Source: an uncultured Gammaproteobacteria bacterium (lineage in GTDB: Bacteria > Patescibacteriota > Microgenomatia > Daviesbacterales > UBA10151). From it: a DNA stretch of 42,278 nt. Both the position numbers and the translations under genes were made by a program. The notes beneath the pieces are model-generated. The model did no database searches. It was not told where the DNA came from and was given only the letters and a program-made list of their open reading frames with translations. The DNA lies in NCBI GenBank assembly GCA_964523905.1, contig CAZFYQ010000006.1:4287-46564 (forward strand), given 5' to 3'. Below are positions 1 through 9,109 of this stretch, piece by piece. Positions within the stretch are counted from its first letter, which is position 1. Each line of letters opens with the position of its first letter.

Positions 1-1173
1 AAATTTCCAGTAGGCTACTGGGCTGGGAGCTTTTTCTTCAGAGGCAAAAGCGGTAGAAGGAACAATGGTACCAACAGCAGTGGTGGCAATAGTACAAGTC
101 TGTCCTCCACAGGAAGTATTAGCGTAATCAGCCGTAATTTGAGCCTGAGTCCTGGCTATATTATAAATCTTAACATCATCAATTTGACCAGGGAAAAATT
201 CGCCACTGTTTATGTCTGAACCTACAAACATACTAGTAGCACTAGTAGTGTTAGTGGAAGTAATATTCTTTGTAGCTTTTAAGACTCCATTTACATAAAG
301 TGACTCTATGCCGCCTGTATAAGTGCCGACTACATGGTACCAGGTACTGGTAGAGAAAGTGCTGGTATCATTGAGATCGTTAGATGCTCCCCATGTTGAA
401 ACAAAAAACTTTGGACCTGTTGCCACTCCTAGTAAAAAGGCGTTATTAGTAGAGCCGGCTCCTTGTTGAGCGATTAATCTATTAAAAGAAGAGATGGTGG
501 AGGCATTAACCCAAGCCTCTATAGTTCTATCAGTATTACCACTTGGTAAACCAGTGGCGCTACCATTAGAAGCTGTATCACTTGTACCATTAAATGTTCG
601 ACCGTTGGCATATTGAGCAGAAGCAATCGTAGTGCCGGTTGCGGTAAGGTTGTTTCCCTTTATTGAGCTATCTGTTGCTGTAGAACCGGAAGTATCATTC
701 ATGGTCCAGTAGCCAACCAAGCCAACTACATTATCAAATTTAGTAGAACTAGAGGCGGCTGGAGCAGAGGGGTTGCCGTAGTACATGTACATGGTATAGG
801 TGGTGGTGTTTTTAGGGACTAAATCTGCCATGACCCAGATTTTTGTGGTAGTGGTGTTGCAGCCGCTATCTATATAGTAGGGTAGTTGCTTACCACTGAC
901 ACTAGTAAATCTTAAATCCTGACAATTACTTTGCAGTTTGGAGGAAATTAAGCTGGAAGTATTAACAGTTAATAAAGTTTCTAAATTAGTAATATCACTG
1001 GTTGAGGATGTCACTGTAACAGTGATGGCTTGGCGGTAAGCAAAGTTTTCATCAAACCAGGCAGCTGAAGCGGATTTTGGATGAAGGATTACTATAGAAG
1101 TTAAAATAGTAACTGCAATTAGGATAAAAGCAAGGGATTTTTTGGTGAATTTAATGAATCCTTGCTGAGTCAT
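1..1173 (-). CDS. DUF2341 + LamG (laminin G/concanavalin A-like) surface protein, 3' truncated at window edge
   Basis: Manual translation from ATG at 1173: signal-like N-terminus (MTQQGFIKFTKKSLAFILIAV...ASAAWFD), DUF2341-like CQDLRFT...KIWV...MYYGNPSA, LamG-like GLVGYW...TIEAWV...WYHVVGTY...LYVNG...GQIDDVKIYN. AGGAG upstream and ATGA overlap with the preceding gene. Absent from the ORF track because it runs off the window. Confidence 0.85.
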   Translation of the reverse strand, partial: MTQQGFIKFTKKSLAFILIAVTILTSIVILHPKSASAAWFDENFAYRQAITVTVTSSTSDITNLETLLTVNTSSLISSKLQSNCQDLRFTSVSGKQLPYYIDSGCNTTTTKIWVMADLVPKNTTTYTMYMYYGNPSAPAASSSTKFDNVVGLVGYWTMNDTSGSTATDSSIKGNNLTATGTTIASAQYANGRTFNGTSDTASNGSATGLPSGNTDRTIEAWVNASTISSFNRLIAQQGAGSTNNAFLLGVATGPKFFVSTWGASNDLNDTSTFSTSTWYHVVGTYTGGIESLYVNGVLKATKNITSTNTTSATSMFVGSDINSGEFFPGQIDDVKIYNIARTQAQITADYANTSCGGQTCTIATTAVGTIVPSTAFASEEKAPSPVAYWKF

Positions 1174-1730
1174 CGTGATCTCCTTTTATTGACTTTTTTA
1201 GATTTCTGTGGTAATATACTTTTATGATCGGTTGATCGCTGATCGCCAGGTAACCATTCCTGAGTTAAGCGGCTCCGATCTTTTTTTGTGCCTATTATTA
1301 CCTCCATTACATCTTTTGAATTTACAACTAGATCAGGTTCCTTCTTACCTACTGCTACTAAGTAAGCTAGATTATGAGCAGCTGATAATTTTCCAACATG
1401 ACCAAATTCCAAAACAGGAATATTTTGTACACCCAATTGCTCTAAATAAAGAGTAACTTTTTCTTCAATCAGTATTTCATGACCAATATATTCTTTATCG
1501 ATAATGATCTTATTTTTTGGTTGCAGTTTTTGTATTAAAAGAGCCAGCAAAGCCGCAAAAGTTAAGTAGGGGAAAAGAAGATGCATATCCATAGTATTAA
1601 AGATTTTCTGGATTATTCTTTTTTCTGCTTTTTTTAAGAAAATAGTGATCTCCGTTCCATTTATACAGGCTATTACAGTATCTCTCTCTGTTTGTTCAAT
1701 TTTTCCAGATTGATCAATTTCATATTTCAT
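1170..1730 (-). CDS. RNase H-like fold protein, DUF3800-like
   Basis: N-terminal YEIDQSG resembles the DUF3800 IDESG strand; second acidic motif IIIDKEY; late helix AAHNLAY. The last ~40 aa read through the antisense of a hairpin and promoter. Confidence 0.55.
   Translation of the reverse strand: MKYEIDQSGKIEQTERDTVIACINGTEITIFLKKAEKRIIQKIFNTMDMHLLFPYLTFAALLALLIQKLQPKNKIIIDKEYIGHEILIEEKVTLYLEQLGVQNIPVLEFGHVGKLSAAHNLAYLVAVGKKEPDLVVNSKDVMEVIIGTKKDRSRLTQEWLPGDQRSTDHKSILPQKSKKVNKRRSR
1189..1217 (+). promoter_or_regulatory. sigma70-type promoter antisense to the DUF3800-like gene
   Basis: TTGACT (1189-1194), 17-nt spacer, TGg-TAATAT extended -10 (1209-1217). Confidence 0.65.
1224..1287 (+). ncRNA. 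putative ~65-nt structured small RNA, antisense to the DUF3800-like 3' end
   Basis: Directly follows the promoter. Nested helices GATCGG/CCGATC (1226-1231/1275-1280), TCGCT/AGCGG and CAGG/CCTG; ends in T7 (1281-1287). Confidence 0.6.
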
Positions 1731-4700
1731 ATATCACCAGGTTTACTGTCCACAATCCAGAAATCAAATTTCAAATCATGATCTAAACTATTTAGAATCT
1801 TTACTGTAAATGTGTGACTGATTGCATTCTTGGTTACTCCCAGTACGGCTGGCTCCTGGGGAGTCAAGAAAATATGTGAATTTGAGTTAATCTCAGCACT
1901 GGTAATAGTTACTTGTTGAGTATTCTTGAGTAGAATGCTTGAACCTAATGTGTTTTCTGAAACTGTCAGCTTCTGCACAGCTAAGTTGCCATATTTATCA
2001 ATAGTTACCAGGCCGTTAAAGATATCCACTTTTTCTGCTATCGGACTGTTTTGCAAATAGAGGGTAGGAATGGAAGTTAGGGAAGTGCCGCTAAGTGAGG
2101 TGGTTCCATCAATTGTTAAGTCTCCGGCCACATTGGTCTTCGCCAACGTGGTTAACCCTAAGACCTTAAAGTGATCTTGGATTTGGGCTCCATAGGCGGT
2201 TAACATTCCGGAAACTGTGGCATCTGATGTCACATTTAGATTAACTAGGGTGGCAGATCCGGTGGCCAGCAGGGTATCAGGAGGAGTTAAGTTTAGGCTA
2301 CAGGCAGTAGGCGTCAGGCTACAGTCAGAAGTAGTTGCAGAATCTGTGGCGTTCTGTTGCCTGTTACCTGTTGCCTGTCCACTTGCTGAGGCTTCCAGTT
2401 TAGCTACTCTTTTTGCTAAATCATCCAGCTTGCTCGAGGAAGAAGATTCCTTAGCAGATAAGGCCTGGATACTTAAAAGAGCAATACCAGCCGGGTCAAT
2501 GGTAGAAATATGCTGGGCATCATTACCCACATTAAATAAGCTGTAAAAATCTTCTGCAAGCGGACCAATGTGTTTAATGCCGGGGTCTTCATTAATATAA
2601 TTCCATTCCAAAATCGGAAGACTGTTCACTTTAGCTAAAATATCTGAGGCATTTAAAGCGCTAAAGTTTTCTTTAAATGCAATAGAAGATCCATTAGTCC
2701 ACACACCTCCCACTGACAAGAAAGCTCCGTTTCCGTTAGTACCGGCAGTACCTACAGTTAAAGGTTGACCAACAGCAGAGGTGCCAATTCCCACATTACC
2801 ATTGGCAGTCACAAGAAGTGCTGGATTGTTACCATTGCCGGCTGTAGAACCTACTTGCAGGAGACCGGCAGGGGAGGAAAAACCAATTCCCACATTACCC
2901 TGGACAATTAAACCATTAGTCGGGGCTACTTTATTAAAATTAGAACCAATGGCCACACCGCCATTAACAAATAAATTGGAGTTAGCAGTGGTAGCGCCAA
3001 TTCCCACATTGCCCTGCACAGCCAGTCCATTGGTGGGAGTGACAATAGAGGCTGCCCCGTATGAAACTCCAATTCCCACATTTCCACCAACAGCCAGCAT
3101 TGAAGAAGGAGCGAAACTGCCAATCCCTAAGTTACCGTTGGTATCCAACATTAGTCTTTGAGTGCCACCCTGGGTAAACATGATTGATCCACCGCTACCA
3201 GTATCCAGATCAATTATTCCGGAATTGTAGGTTTGTAAAGTAAGGTTAGAGGAATTGTTAATATCTCCGGCCACCAGATATAAAGGCGCTAAAGATTTAA
3301 TATATGAGGCAGTGGGATTGGTAAAGTTTATATCATAAGCAATGGAAACATCCCCCGGAGCTGTAAATGAAGCCGGCAGGGAAGTGGTTAGCGCAGTTTG
3401 TGAAATAGAAAAGATACTGGAGGAATTATTTAAAATATCAAATAAATTACCTGTGGTAGTGCCATTAGCTCCAATATTTAAGGCAAATAAATCCCCGGTG
3501 GCTGTGGTGGCAATAGACGGTGACCAGTCAATGTTTAGGATTGATCCAATTCCTGCAGTACCTGTTAAGTTACTGGAGGTAAGAGAAATATCTGCCATTC
3601 TACCGGAAGTTAAGGTTTGAGAGGCCATGTAAAGCCCGGTACCAGTAGTTAGTTTTTGGTTTTCTATTACTACTGAGGAAGAAGTAGTTGAACCTGTGGT
3701 ATTTTGTGAAACTACATGTAGCGGACCATTAGGGGAAGTAGTACCAATTCCAATATTACCAGTGGAGGTAATTACCGAAGCACTTGAACCATCATTTACT
3801 TGGAATCTTTGGGATGGTGCAGTAGTTCCAATGCCGAGATTTCCAGTTTGAGTGAAGGCCGTAGTAACAGTGCTAGAGCTATTGTATAGGAACAGCGGAT
3901 CATTAGTTCCTGTTGTGCCTGATCTGTATGATAGGTCCCATTTGTAATTAGTAACATTTGAGGAATCAAAGAATTGTAAATCTACACCCTGGTTAGCTGT
4001 ATTTGCTTGTAAAGCTAAAGCTCGATTACTGCTTCTGACTACTAATTGACCATTTGGACTGGTATTACCAATGCCCACATTACCATTAGCATCGATTACC
4101 ATAGCTGTGGTATTAGAGCCTCCATTGGAAGTAGCTTGATTAAAGTTATATCCTCCCTTGGTACCGGTATTCGCACCCGCAGAGAAAAATCTAGCTATTC
4201 CTGCACTGTCATCGATCTGTATGGAGCTTGCAGAATAATTACCCGCAATTGAACCTGTTATTTTTAATCCACCTGTTCCAGATCCACCTAAAAGTTCTAA
4301 CTGTGCTCCTGGTGCAGTAGTTCCAATCCCAACATTGCCATAAGTAGCAATGGTATCGGTGATAGTGGTGGGGAAGAGAAGACCGGGGGTTCTGGACCAG
4401 TAACCAACAGATCCGGAGGCTGGGCCGGTTAAAGTTCCATCCACTGTTAAATTCCCGGTAATTCTGGCATTTCCCCAGACATCTAATTTATTTGATGAGG
4501 TAGTAGCTCCAATACCAACATTCCCATCCACAAACAGTCCATTAGTTGGAGCTGCTGTTCCTTGGAAAAGAGAACCAATATGGACATTATTTGATACAGA
4601 AAGCTGTGAGTTAGCAGTGGTTAGACCAATTCCCACATTACCGGTAGTCGTAATCCTTAATCTTTCAGCTGGAGTAAAAGTATTACCGTTAGTGAGTCCG

Positions 4701-6592
4701 GTATTAGTGTAGAATTCAATGTTACCATTGTCAGTAACATAAATCATGCTGGCAAATCCACTACCTGCTCCAACATTAGTTCTAGATGTCCAATTACCAT
4801 TAACTAGCTCTGCAGCTCCAGAGATTGCAGCTGATTGGGGGTTACCTGAATATAGATATAATCCACCGGTTGTGGTGTTGTTGCTGGTGACTCGTACAGA
4901 GGAGTTATTACCACTTGTTTGAATATCAAGTGATTGGCTTGGGGCGCTGTTTCCAATACCTAGTCTTTTATTAGTGGAGTCAAAGAAGAAGTTGGCTGCG
5001 GAATTGGTTAAGGAGTTGGTGCCATTCCAGTAGGCTACTCCGCCATTTACGCCGCTTCCGGTTAGAGAAGAGCTACCAGAACAAGTTACTACTTGATTTG
5101 AGGAGTTGATACAAAGTGCAGTGCCGGCAAAAGAGGATAATCCGCTTAAAGTAGTAGACCCACTGACGCCCAAAGTATTTAGGTTGGTATTACCGGAAAC
5201 ATTTACAGAAGAAGCAAAGTTAGCCCCGGATGTAACATTTAATGATCCGCCAATGCCAGCATTACCTGATAAAAACAGATTAGCCCAGCGAGATGAACTT
5301 GAACCTAAAGAAAAAGAGGCGTCTTGTGATGGTATCAAATCCCCGGCAATACTAATGCCTTCACCGGAAGTTAAAGATCCTCCTGAGGTAATGGACCCGG
5401 ACACACTTAAGTTTCCACCAATACTGGAATCACCACCAGTGGTAATACCTCCGGCAAATGAGGCATTGCCATCAGAATCAATCGAAGCATTTTGTAAATA
5501 CAAGGATTGAAAAGCTAAATTAATAGTGCCCAGTGTACCTGTTTTATTAGTTGAGGGCACCATTTCACCTCCGGCGGTGATTAAAATTGATCCGTCACCA
5601 ATGGCATCAATGTAATTTCCGGTTGGCCGAACCTGAGCCATGCCGTTAGTGCCAACTTCTGTTACTGATACATCATCGATGTAGGCCACACCAGAGGTTA
5701 GATTGGGAATTTCAATTAGAGGAAACCAGTCTTTACCCTGATCCGGTCCGGGAGAGGGTAGATCAAAGGTTTCAAACTGCCAGCCGGCTGATTGATCAGA
5801 TAAATTAGATTCATCAATTAAACGATTTTGGGTATTAACTCGGACTTTATTTTTAGTATCCCACCAGGAAACAGCCACATCAAAAGCAGTATTTTTATAT
5901 GTTTTGATATAGAATGATAGTTTATAACCTCTGGCAGCTCCTGATACTGTATCAACATTTAATACTCCTAAATCACTGCTGCCTGGCAAAAACTTTAAAG
6001 AGTTTTGTCCGGAATGTGAGGTATCTTGAGAAACAAAAGTATTATCAGAAGTAGACTGACCAGTGTAATACCAGTGTGGTGGTTGGTGATCATTGTTGGC
6101 TTCAAATGAGGAATTGGGCACTAAGTTTAATGATGGCACAATTTGATCATAGGCTGACGGGTAATAAGTCAGCCCGGGACTTTGCTGGGCCTGGGGTGGA
6201 TTGATCTGGCTCTTTGGCTGTGGCACCGGCATGCTAAAACTTATCATTGGCTGCTTCATTTGCAGAGTATGTAAAAATAAACCAATGGCAGCTCCGAGCG
6301 TGGCACAACCAATTAGTGCTCCTAAAAATGGCACTTTCCAATCAAATTTACTAGGGAGTGGTGTAAAAATCAGTGGGGAAGGTGTAGGTAATTTTGCTTC
6401 TCTTTTATAAGCATTGGTTTGAGTGGCTAAGAATTCATTGAGTTGGGATAGGGTGTAGGATCTTTGGTTTCCTTTAGTGCGGTGAGGAATTAATTTACCG
6501 GATTTTTCCCAGTTTCTTAAGGTCCAGGAAGTTACTGATAAATACTTAGCAGCTTCTGAAACAGAGTATTTGTATTGAGTATTGCTGGGCAC
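1727..6592 (-). CDS. giant surface fibre protein: MerR-type HTH, TM helix, carbohydrate-binding-like domain, GNVGIG repeats, peptidase S74 chaperone domain
   Basis: YSVSEAAKYLSVTSWTLRNWEKSGKL HTH; hydrophobic helix near aa 88-107; NLVPNSSFE...YIDDVSV CBM4/9-like segment; many GNVGIG repeats; SSIAFKENF...WNY...HIGPLAED S74-like motif followed by coiled coil. GTG start with AAGGA upstream. Confidence 0.8.
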   Translation of the reverse strand: MPSNTQYKYSVSEAAKYLSVTSWTLRNWEKSGKLIPHRTKGNQRSYTLSQLNEFLATQTNAYKREAKLPTPSPLIFTPLPSKFDWKVPFLGALIGCATLGAAIGLFLHTLQMKQPMISFSMPVPQPKSQINPPQAQQSPGLTYYPSAYDQIVPSLNLVPNSSFEANNDHQPPHWYYTGQSTSDNTFVSQDTSHSGQNSLKFLPGSSDLGVLNVDTVSGAARGYKLSFYIKTYKNTAFDVAVSWWDTKNKVRVNTQNRLIDESNLSDQSAGWQFETFDLPSPGPDQGKDWFPLIEIPNLTSGVAYIDDVSVTEVGTNGMAQVRPTGNYIDAIGDGSILITAGGEMVPSTNKTGTLGTINLAFQSLYLQNASIDSDGNASFAGGITTGGDSSIGGNLSVSGSITSGGSLTSGEGISIAGDLIPSQDASFSLGSSSSRWANLFLSGNAGIGGSLNVTSGANFASSVNVSGNTNLNTLGVSGSTTLSGLSSFAGTALCINSSNQVVTCSGSSSLTGSGVNGGVAYWNGTNSLTNSAANFFFDSTNKRLGIGNSAPSQSLDIQTSGNNSSVRVTSNNTTTGGLYLYSGNPQSAAISGAAELVNGNWTSRTNVGAGSGFASMIYVTDNGNIEFYTNTGLTNGNTFTPAERLRITTTGNVGIGLTTANSQLSVSNNVHIGSLFQGTAAPTNGLFVDGNVGIGATTSSNKLDVWGNARITGNLTVDGTLTGPASGSVGYWSRTPGLLFPTTITDTIATYGNVGIGTTAPGAQLELLGGSGTGGLKITGSIAGNYSASSIQIDDSAGIARFFSAGANTGTKGGYNFNQATSNGGSNTTAMVIDANGNVGIGNTSPNGQLVVRSSNRALALQANTANQGVDLQFFDSSNVTNYKWDLSYRSGTTGTNDPLFLYNSSSTVTTAFTQTGNLGIGTTAPSQRFQVNDGSSASVITSTGNIGIGTTSPNGPLHVVSQNTTGSTTSSSVVIENQKLTTGTGLYMASQTLTSGRMADISLTSSNLTGTAGIGSILNIDWSPSIATTATGDLFALNIGANGTTTGNLFDILNNSSSIFSISQTALTTSLPASFTAPGDVSIAYDINFTNPTASYIKSLAPLYLVAGDINNSSNLTLQTYNSGIIDLDTGSGGSIMFTQGGTQRLMLDTNGNLGIGSFAPSSMLAVGGNVGIGVSYGAASIVTPTNGLAVQGNVGIGATTANSNLFVNGGVAIGSNFNKVAPTNGLIVQGNVGIGFSSPAGLLQVGSTAGNGNNPALLVTANGNVGIGTSAVGQPLTVGTAGTNGNGAFLSVGGVWTNGSSIAFKENFSALNASDILAKVNSLPILEWNYINEDPGIKHIGPLAEDFYSLFNVGNDAQHISTIDPAGIALLSIQALSAKESSSSSKLDDLAKRVAKLEASASGQATGNRQQNATDSATTSDCSLTPTACSLNLTPPDTLLATGSATLVNLNVTSDATVSGMLTAYGAQIQDHFKVLGLTTLAKTNVAGDLTIDGTTSLSGTSLTSIPTLYLQNSPIAEKVDIFNGLVTIDKYGNLAVQKLTVSENTLGSSILLKNTQQVTITSAEINSNSHIFLTPQEPAVLGVTKNAISHTFTVKILNSLDHDLKFDFWIVDSKPGDI
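2295..2378. repeat. in-frame heptamer-periodic inverted repeat
   Basis: AGGCTAC AGGCAGT AGGCGTC AGGCTAC, spacer, then CTGTTGC CTGTTAC CTGTTGC CTGT. Confidence 0.65.
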
Positions 6593-6767
6593 GATATCCT
6601 TTTAGCTTCAAAAGTTAGTAAAAAATCATAGCTTTTAAGGCTAATTTAATAATGGCAATTTGGAGTCAATTTGTCAAGTAGTTTATGATTATATCAGCAG
6701 GTCCGCACTCCTAAAGTCGTGCAGGCTCCTCTGGTATTATTTTCGACAAACAATATACAATATAGAT

Positions 6768-7877
6768 ATGAAGTCGAAAATATTTGGATTTGATGGATCC
6801 CGGGCTTTTGTGAAAGACAGAACAGGTACTGAAAATTATTCTTACCAACTTTTAAAAGCGCTGGCAAAAGTGGATCACAAAAATCAGTATATTGTTTACT
6901 TAAGACCAAATGTCACCCTGAACATAGTGAAGGGTATAAAATTATATCCTTCGGCTTCGCCTCAGGATGACAATTTACGATGGCCCAAGAATTTTGAGTT
7001 TAAGACGATTAATTACCCCAGACTTTGGACACAAGTAGGCTTGGCCAGGCAAACTTTTAAAGATAAACTAGACGTTTTATTTGTTCCGGCCCACACTATT
7101 CCAATTATTAAAAAACCGGGATTAAAAACCGTGATTACTGTCCATGACTTAGGCTCAGAATACTTGCCAGGCATGCATCAGCTTAAGCAACGGTTATATT
7201 TAGGCTTTATGCAAAGGCAACAGCTTAAAAACGCCTTTAAAATCATTGCTGTATCCAATGCTACTAAAGATGATTTGGTACATAAAATAGGAATTAACAG
7301 CGATAAAGTAGCAGTGGTATATGAGGGATATAACAGCGAAGAGTTCAGAGTGCAGAGTTCAGAGTTAAAAAAGAAGCCAGATAGTTACTATCTTTTCGTC
7401 GGCACAGTTCAACCAAGAAAGAATTTAGAAAGAATCATTGAGGCTGTTAAAATATTAAACAAGAAACTACTAATTGCAGGTTCAAAAGGCTGGTTGTCAG
7501 ATTCAATTTATGCAAAAGCTAGTCAAAATATCAAATTCCTGGGTAGAGTAGATGACAAAGATTTGCCTGGTTTATATAAAGGAGCAATAGCATTAGTATA
7601 CCCGTCACTGTTTGAAGGATTTGGGCTGCCAATTTTGGAAGCGCAAGCCTGTGGGTGTCCAGTAATTACTTCCAATATTTCCTCAATGCCGGAAGTAGCT
7701 GGTAAAGGAGCGATTTTGGTTGATCCATATAATGTAAATGATATAGTTAAAGCTATGGAACAAATTAATAACCAAGATACAAGAAACAAGTTAATTAAAG
7801 CAGGATTGGAAAATGTTAAAAGGTTTAGTTGGGAGAAGTGTGCAAAGGAAACTTTAAAGGTATTAGAAAACATATGA
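6768..7877 (+). CDS. glycosyltransferase family 4 (GT-B)
   Basis: RTGTENY, VITVHDL, FVGTVQPRKN, YPSLFEGFGLPILEAQACGCPVITS. Start moved to MKSKIFG at 6768. Confidence 0.92.
   Translation: MKSKIFGFDGSRAFVKDRTGTENYSYQLLKALAKVDHKNQYIVYLRPNVTLNIVKGIKLYPSASPQDDNLRWPKNFEFKTINYPRLWTQVGLARQTFKDKLDVLFVPAHTIPIIKKPGLKTVITVHDLGSEYLPGMHQLKQRLYLGFMQRQQLKNAFKIIAVSNATKDDLVHKIGINSDKVAVVYEGYNSEEFRVQSSELKKKPDSYYLFVGTVQPRKNLERIIEAVKILNKKLLIAGSKGWLSDSIYAKASQNIKFLGRVDDKDLPGLYKGAIALVYPSLFEGFGLPILEAQACGCPVITSNISSMPEVAGKGAILVDPYNVNDIVKAMEQINNQDTRNKLIKAGLENVKRFSWEKCAKETLKVLENI
6911..6972. repeat. REP-like palindromic element, in frame in the GT4 gene
   Basis: TGTCACCCTGA...GTGAAGGGTATAA...TTATATCCTTCG...CTCAGGATGACA; similar to 16175-16232. 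Confidence 0.75.
7340..7367. repeat. in-frame heptamer tandem repeat
   Basis: AGAGTTC AGAGTGC AGAGTTC AGAGTTA (encodes EFRVQSSEL). Confidence 0.65.
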
Positions 7878-8533
7878 AAAAATATGTATTGGGAGTAAAA
7901 ATTGATGATGTCACAATAGATCAGGTATTAGAAACAGTGCAGGGGTGGTTGTCTAAAACAGGGAAAAACTATATTGTGACCCCTAATCCGGAAATTGTGA
8001 TGATGGCCCAAAAAGATCCGGATTTAAAAAAAATCCTTAATCAGGCAGACCTTGCAATACCAGATGGGTATGGTTTGCAAATTGGTACTGATATAGTTTG
8101 TAATACTCCGGGAATAGACGTGATGGAGGTGTTAATAAAACTAGCCAACGATTATGGCTATACAGTAGGCCTTTTAGGGGGCCGAGATTCGGTAGCAGCA
8201 AAAGCCGCTGAGCGCTTACAAAAAAAGTATCCAAAACTTAAAGTAACTTTGGCCAGCTCTGAATTGAATAGAATTCCCTCCACAGATATCTTATTTGTAG
8301 CATACGGGGCGCCCAAGCAGGAGAAATGGGTTGACAAAAATCTGTCTAAAATTCCAGTGAAAGTGGCTATGGTAGTTGGGGGATCGTTTGACTATTTGTC
8401 TGGTCAAGTTAATCGCGCCCCTTCCTGGATGCGTCAGTTAAGACTGGAATGGTTATACCGTTTAATCCAACAACCCTGGAGAATCAAAAGGCAATTGGTA
8501 CTATTAAAGTATTTATACTCTGTGATATTCTAA
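7874..8533 (+). CDS. WecB/TagA/CpsF family glycosyltransferase
   Basis: IVTPNPE, AIPDG, GAPKQEKW, VGGSFD, RAP...LEWLYRLIQQPWR. ATGA overlap with the upstream gene. Confidence 0.92.
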   Translation: MKKYVLGVKIDDVTIDQVLETVQGWLSKTGKNYIVTPNPEIVMMAQKDPDLKKILNQADLAIPDGYGLQIGTDIVCNTPGIDVMEVLIKLANDYGYTVGLLGGRDSVAAKAAERLQKKYPKLKVTLASSELNRIPSTDILFVAYGAPKQEKWVDKNLSKIPVKVAMVVGGSFDYLSGQVNRAPSWMRQLRLEWLYRLIQQPWRIKRQLVLLKYLYSVIF

Positions 8534-8537
8534 ATTT

Positions 8538-9044
8538 ATGATCGTTGCTAAAACTGATAAAGATTTAAAGCCGGTATTAATGGATGAAGCAGAGAGTTCC
8601 ATTAAAACTCCTTATTATTTAATTGAAGAAGGGGATCAAGTAATGTTTGTGGTTAGTCCTGGTAAAAATGAGCCGGAGTTTAACAAAACTGAAGGATATA
8701 TTAGCACTTTTGCTGGAATGCAAACCTGTCAGTGTCTCTATGGTCAGGGGATTATGGTGATGCAAAGAAATGATGAAACAGGCGATGCTAAGGAATTTAA
8801 AGTAGTGACCTTAAGTCCTGGTCGGATTGTGGGAGTACCAGCTGGCTGGGGTATGGGGCTGATAAATACCGGGAGCGGTTTCCTGGTTGTTTTAAGAAAT
8901 GGTTTGCCTGGAGAGAAGTATGAAAACTCTAAACCTTTACTTGATAAACAGGGTTTTGCCTATTATGTGATTGAGAAAAAAGGTGAGATTAGTTTTAAGC
9001 ACAACCCCAATTATTTAATTCATCCCCAAATTACTACCGAGTAG
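8538..9044 (+). CDS. cupin-type glucose-6-phosphate isomerase-like protein
   Basis: PGK...EFNKTEG, YGQGIMVMQ, VPAGWG...INTG, GFAYYV...NPNY pattern. The usual metal-binding His residues appear substituted. Confidence 0.65.
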   Translation: MIVAKTDKDLKPVLMDEAESSIKTPYYLIEEGDQVMFVVSPGKNEPEFNKTEGYISTFAGMQTCQCLYGQGIMVMQRNDETGDAKEFKVVTLSPGRIVGVPAGWGMGLINTGSGFLVVLRNGLPGEKYENSKPLLDKQGFAYYVIEKKGEISFKHNPNYLIHPQITTE

Positions 9045-9109
9045 CCCTTTTTGGCTCTACATCAACTTTTTCATAATACTCTGGCAATATAGTTAGTTCG
9101 GTGCTAATT

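Noticed and set aside
1208-1456. 82-aa plus-strand ORF overlapping the antisense RNA
   Set aside because: Its start lies inside the promoter and a T7 terminator interrupts it; shadow of the minus-strand gene.
5777-5800. CAGCCGGCTG palindrome in frame in the giant gene
   Set aside because: Only 10 nt and single copy here; cannot be separated from chance.
2217-6410. Several plus-strand ORFs within the giant gene
   Set aside because: Antisense shadows of Gly/Ser/Thr/Asn-rich coding sequence.
1727-6592. Prophage tail gene interpretation
   Set aside because: No capsid, terminase or integrase nearby; TM anchor and cellular context.
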